Source of the DNA: Octopus vulgaris
Lineage: Eukaryota
DNA: 64,000 bases
Assembly (NCBI GenBank): GCA_951406725.2
Contig: OX597816.1
Location: forward strand, 158,720,001 to 158,784,000
Reading direction: 5' to 3'
Below the pieces are notes generated by a model that was not told where the DNA came from, made no database searches, and was given only the letters and a program-made list of their open reading frames with translations. Made by a program: the position numbers and the translations under genes. Shown piece by piece: positions 63,554-64,000 of the stretch. How positions within the stretch are numbered: position 1 is the stretch's first letter; each line of letters begins with the position of its first letter.

Positions 63554-64000
63554 TTCTTTTCTACTCTAGGCACAAGGCTTGAAATTTTTGGTGAGGGTGC
63601 TAGTCAATTAGATCGACACCACTATACAATTGGTACTTAATTTATTGACCCTGAAAGGATGAAAGGCAAAGTTGACCTTGGTGGAATTTGAACTCAGAAC
63701 GCAAAGACCGATGAAATACCTATTTCTTTACTACCCACAAGGAGCTAAACACAGAGGGGACAAACAAGGACAGACACATGGTGTAAGTCAATTATATCGA
63801 CAGGTACTTATTTAATCAACCCCGAAAGGATGAAAGGCAAAGTCGACCTCAGCAGAATTTGAACTCAGAACGTAACGGCAGATGAAATACCTATTTCTTT
63901 ATTACCCACAAGGGGCTAAACACAGAGGGGACAAACAAGGACAGACATAGGTATTAAGTCGATTACATCGACCCCAGTGCGTAACTGGTACTTAATTTAT
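63554..64000 (-). mobile_element. SINE family B with tandemly repeated ~170-180-bp body, running off the window
   Basis: The unit gaaatacctatttcttta..acccacaagg.gctaaacacagagggg...atttgaactcagaacg repeats at least twice. Confidence 0.85.

Overview
AT-rich, repeat-saturated animal genomic DNA. The SINE, RTE-LINE and microsatellite content looks like Octopus (coleoid cephalopod); this is inferred from recalled repeat families, not a search. The only host gene I can support is on the minus strand. Three phase-compatible coding exons (7140-7263, 2995-3223, 1721-1793) encode a CHHxxC...CxxCD..H...GH zinc-binding segment, an acidic/Pro-rich linker and a basic stretch. This resembles, from memory, the N-terminus of the RhoGEF PLEKHG5/Syx. 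Up to three candidate alternative upstream coding exons (8278-8346, 15840-15884, 28534-28592) all end in phase 0. The gene runs off the left edge, so most of the window is intronic or upstream. The rest is tRNA-derived SINEs, 5'-truncated RTE and CR1 LINEs, a Penelope GIY-YIG fragment, mariner/hAT/piggyBac MITEs, a non-autonomous Helitron, a 26-bp minisatellite and many microsatellites. Most notable is a set of minimal type-I hammerhead-ribozyme-like folds. One has a U3-A8 covariant core at the apex of a ~95-bp-arm foldback, and two sit in a ~355-bp palindromic insertion flanked by an 18-bp duplication. There is also a ~200-bp inverted duplication spanning a hAT end and its flank. Most ORFs in the supplied track are microsatellite or repeat artefacts. 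Repeat boundaries are read by eye and approximate.
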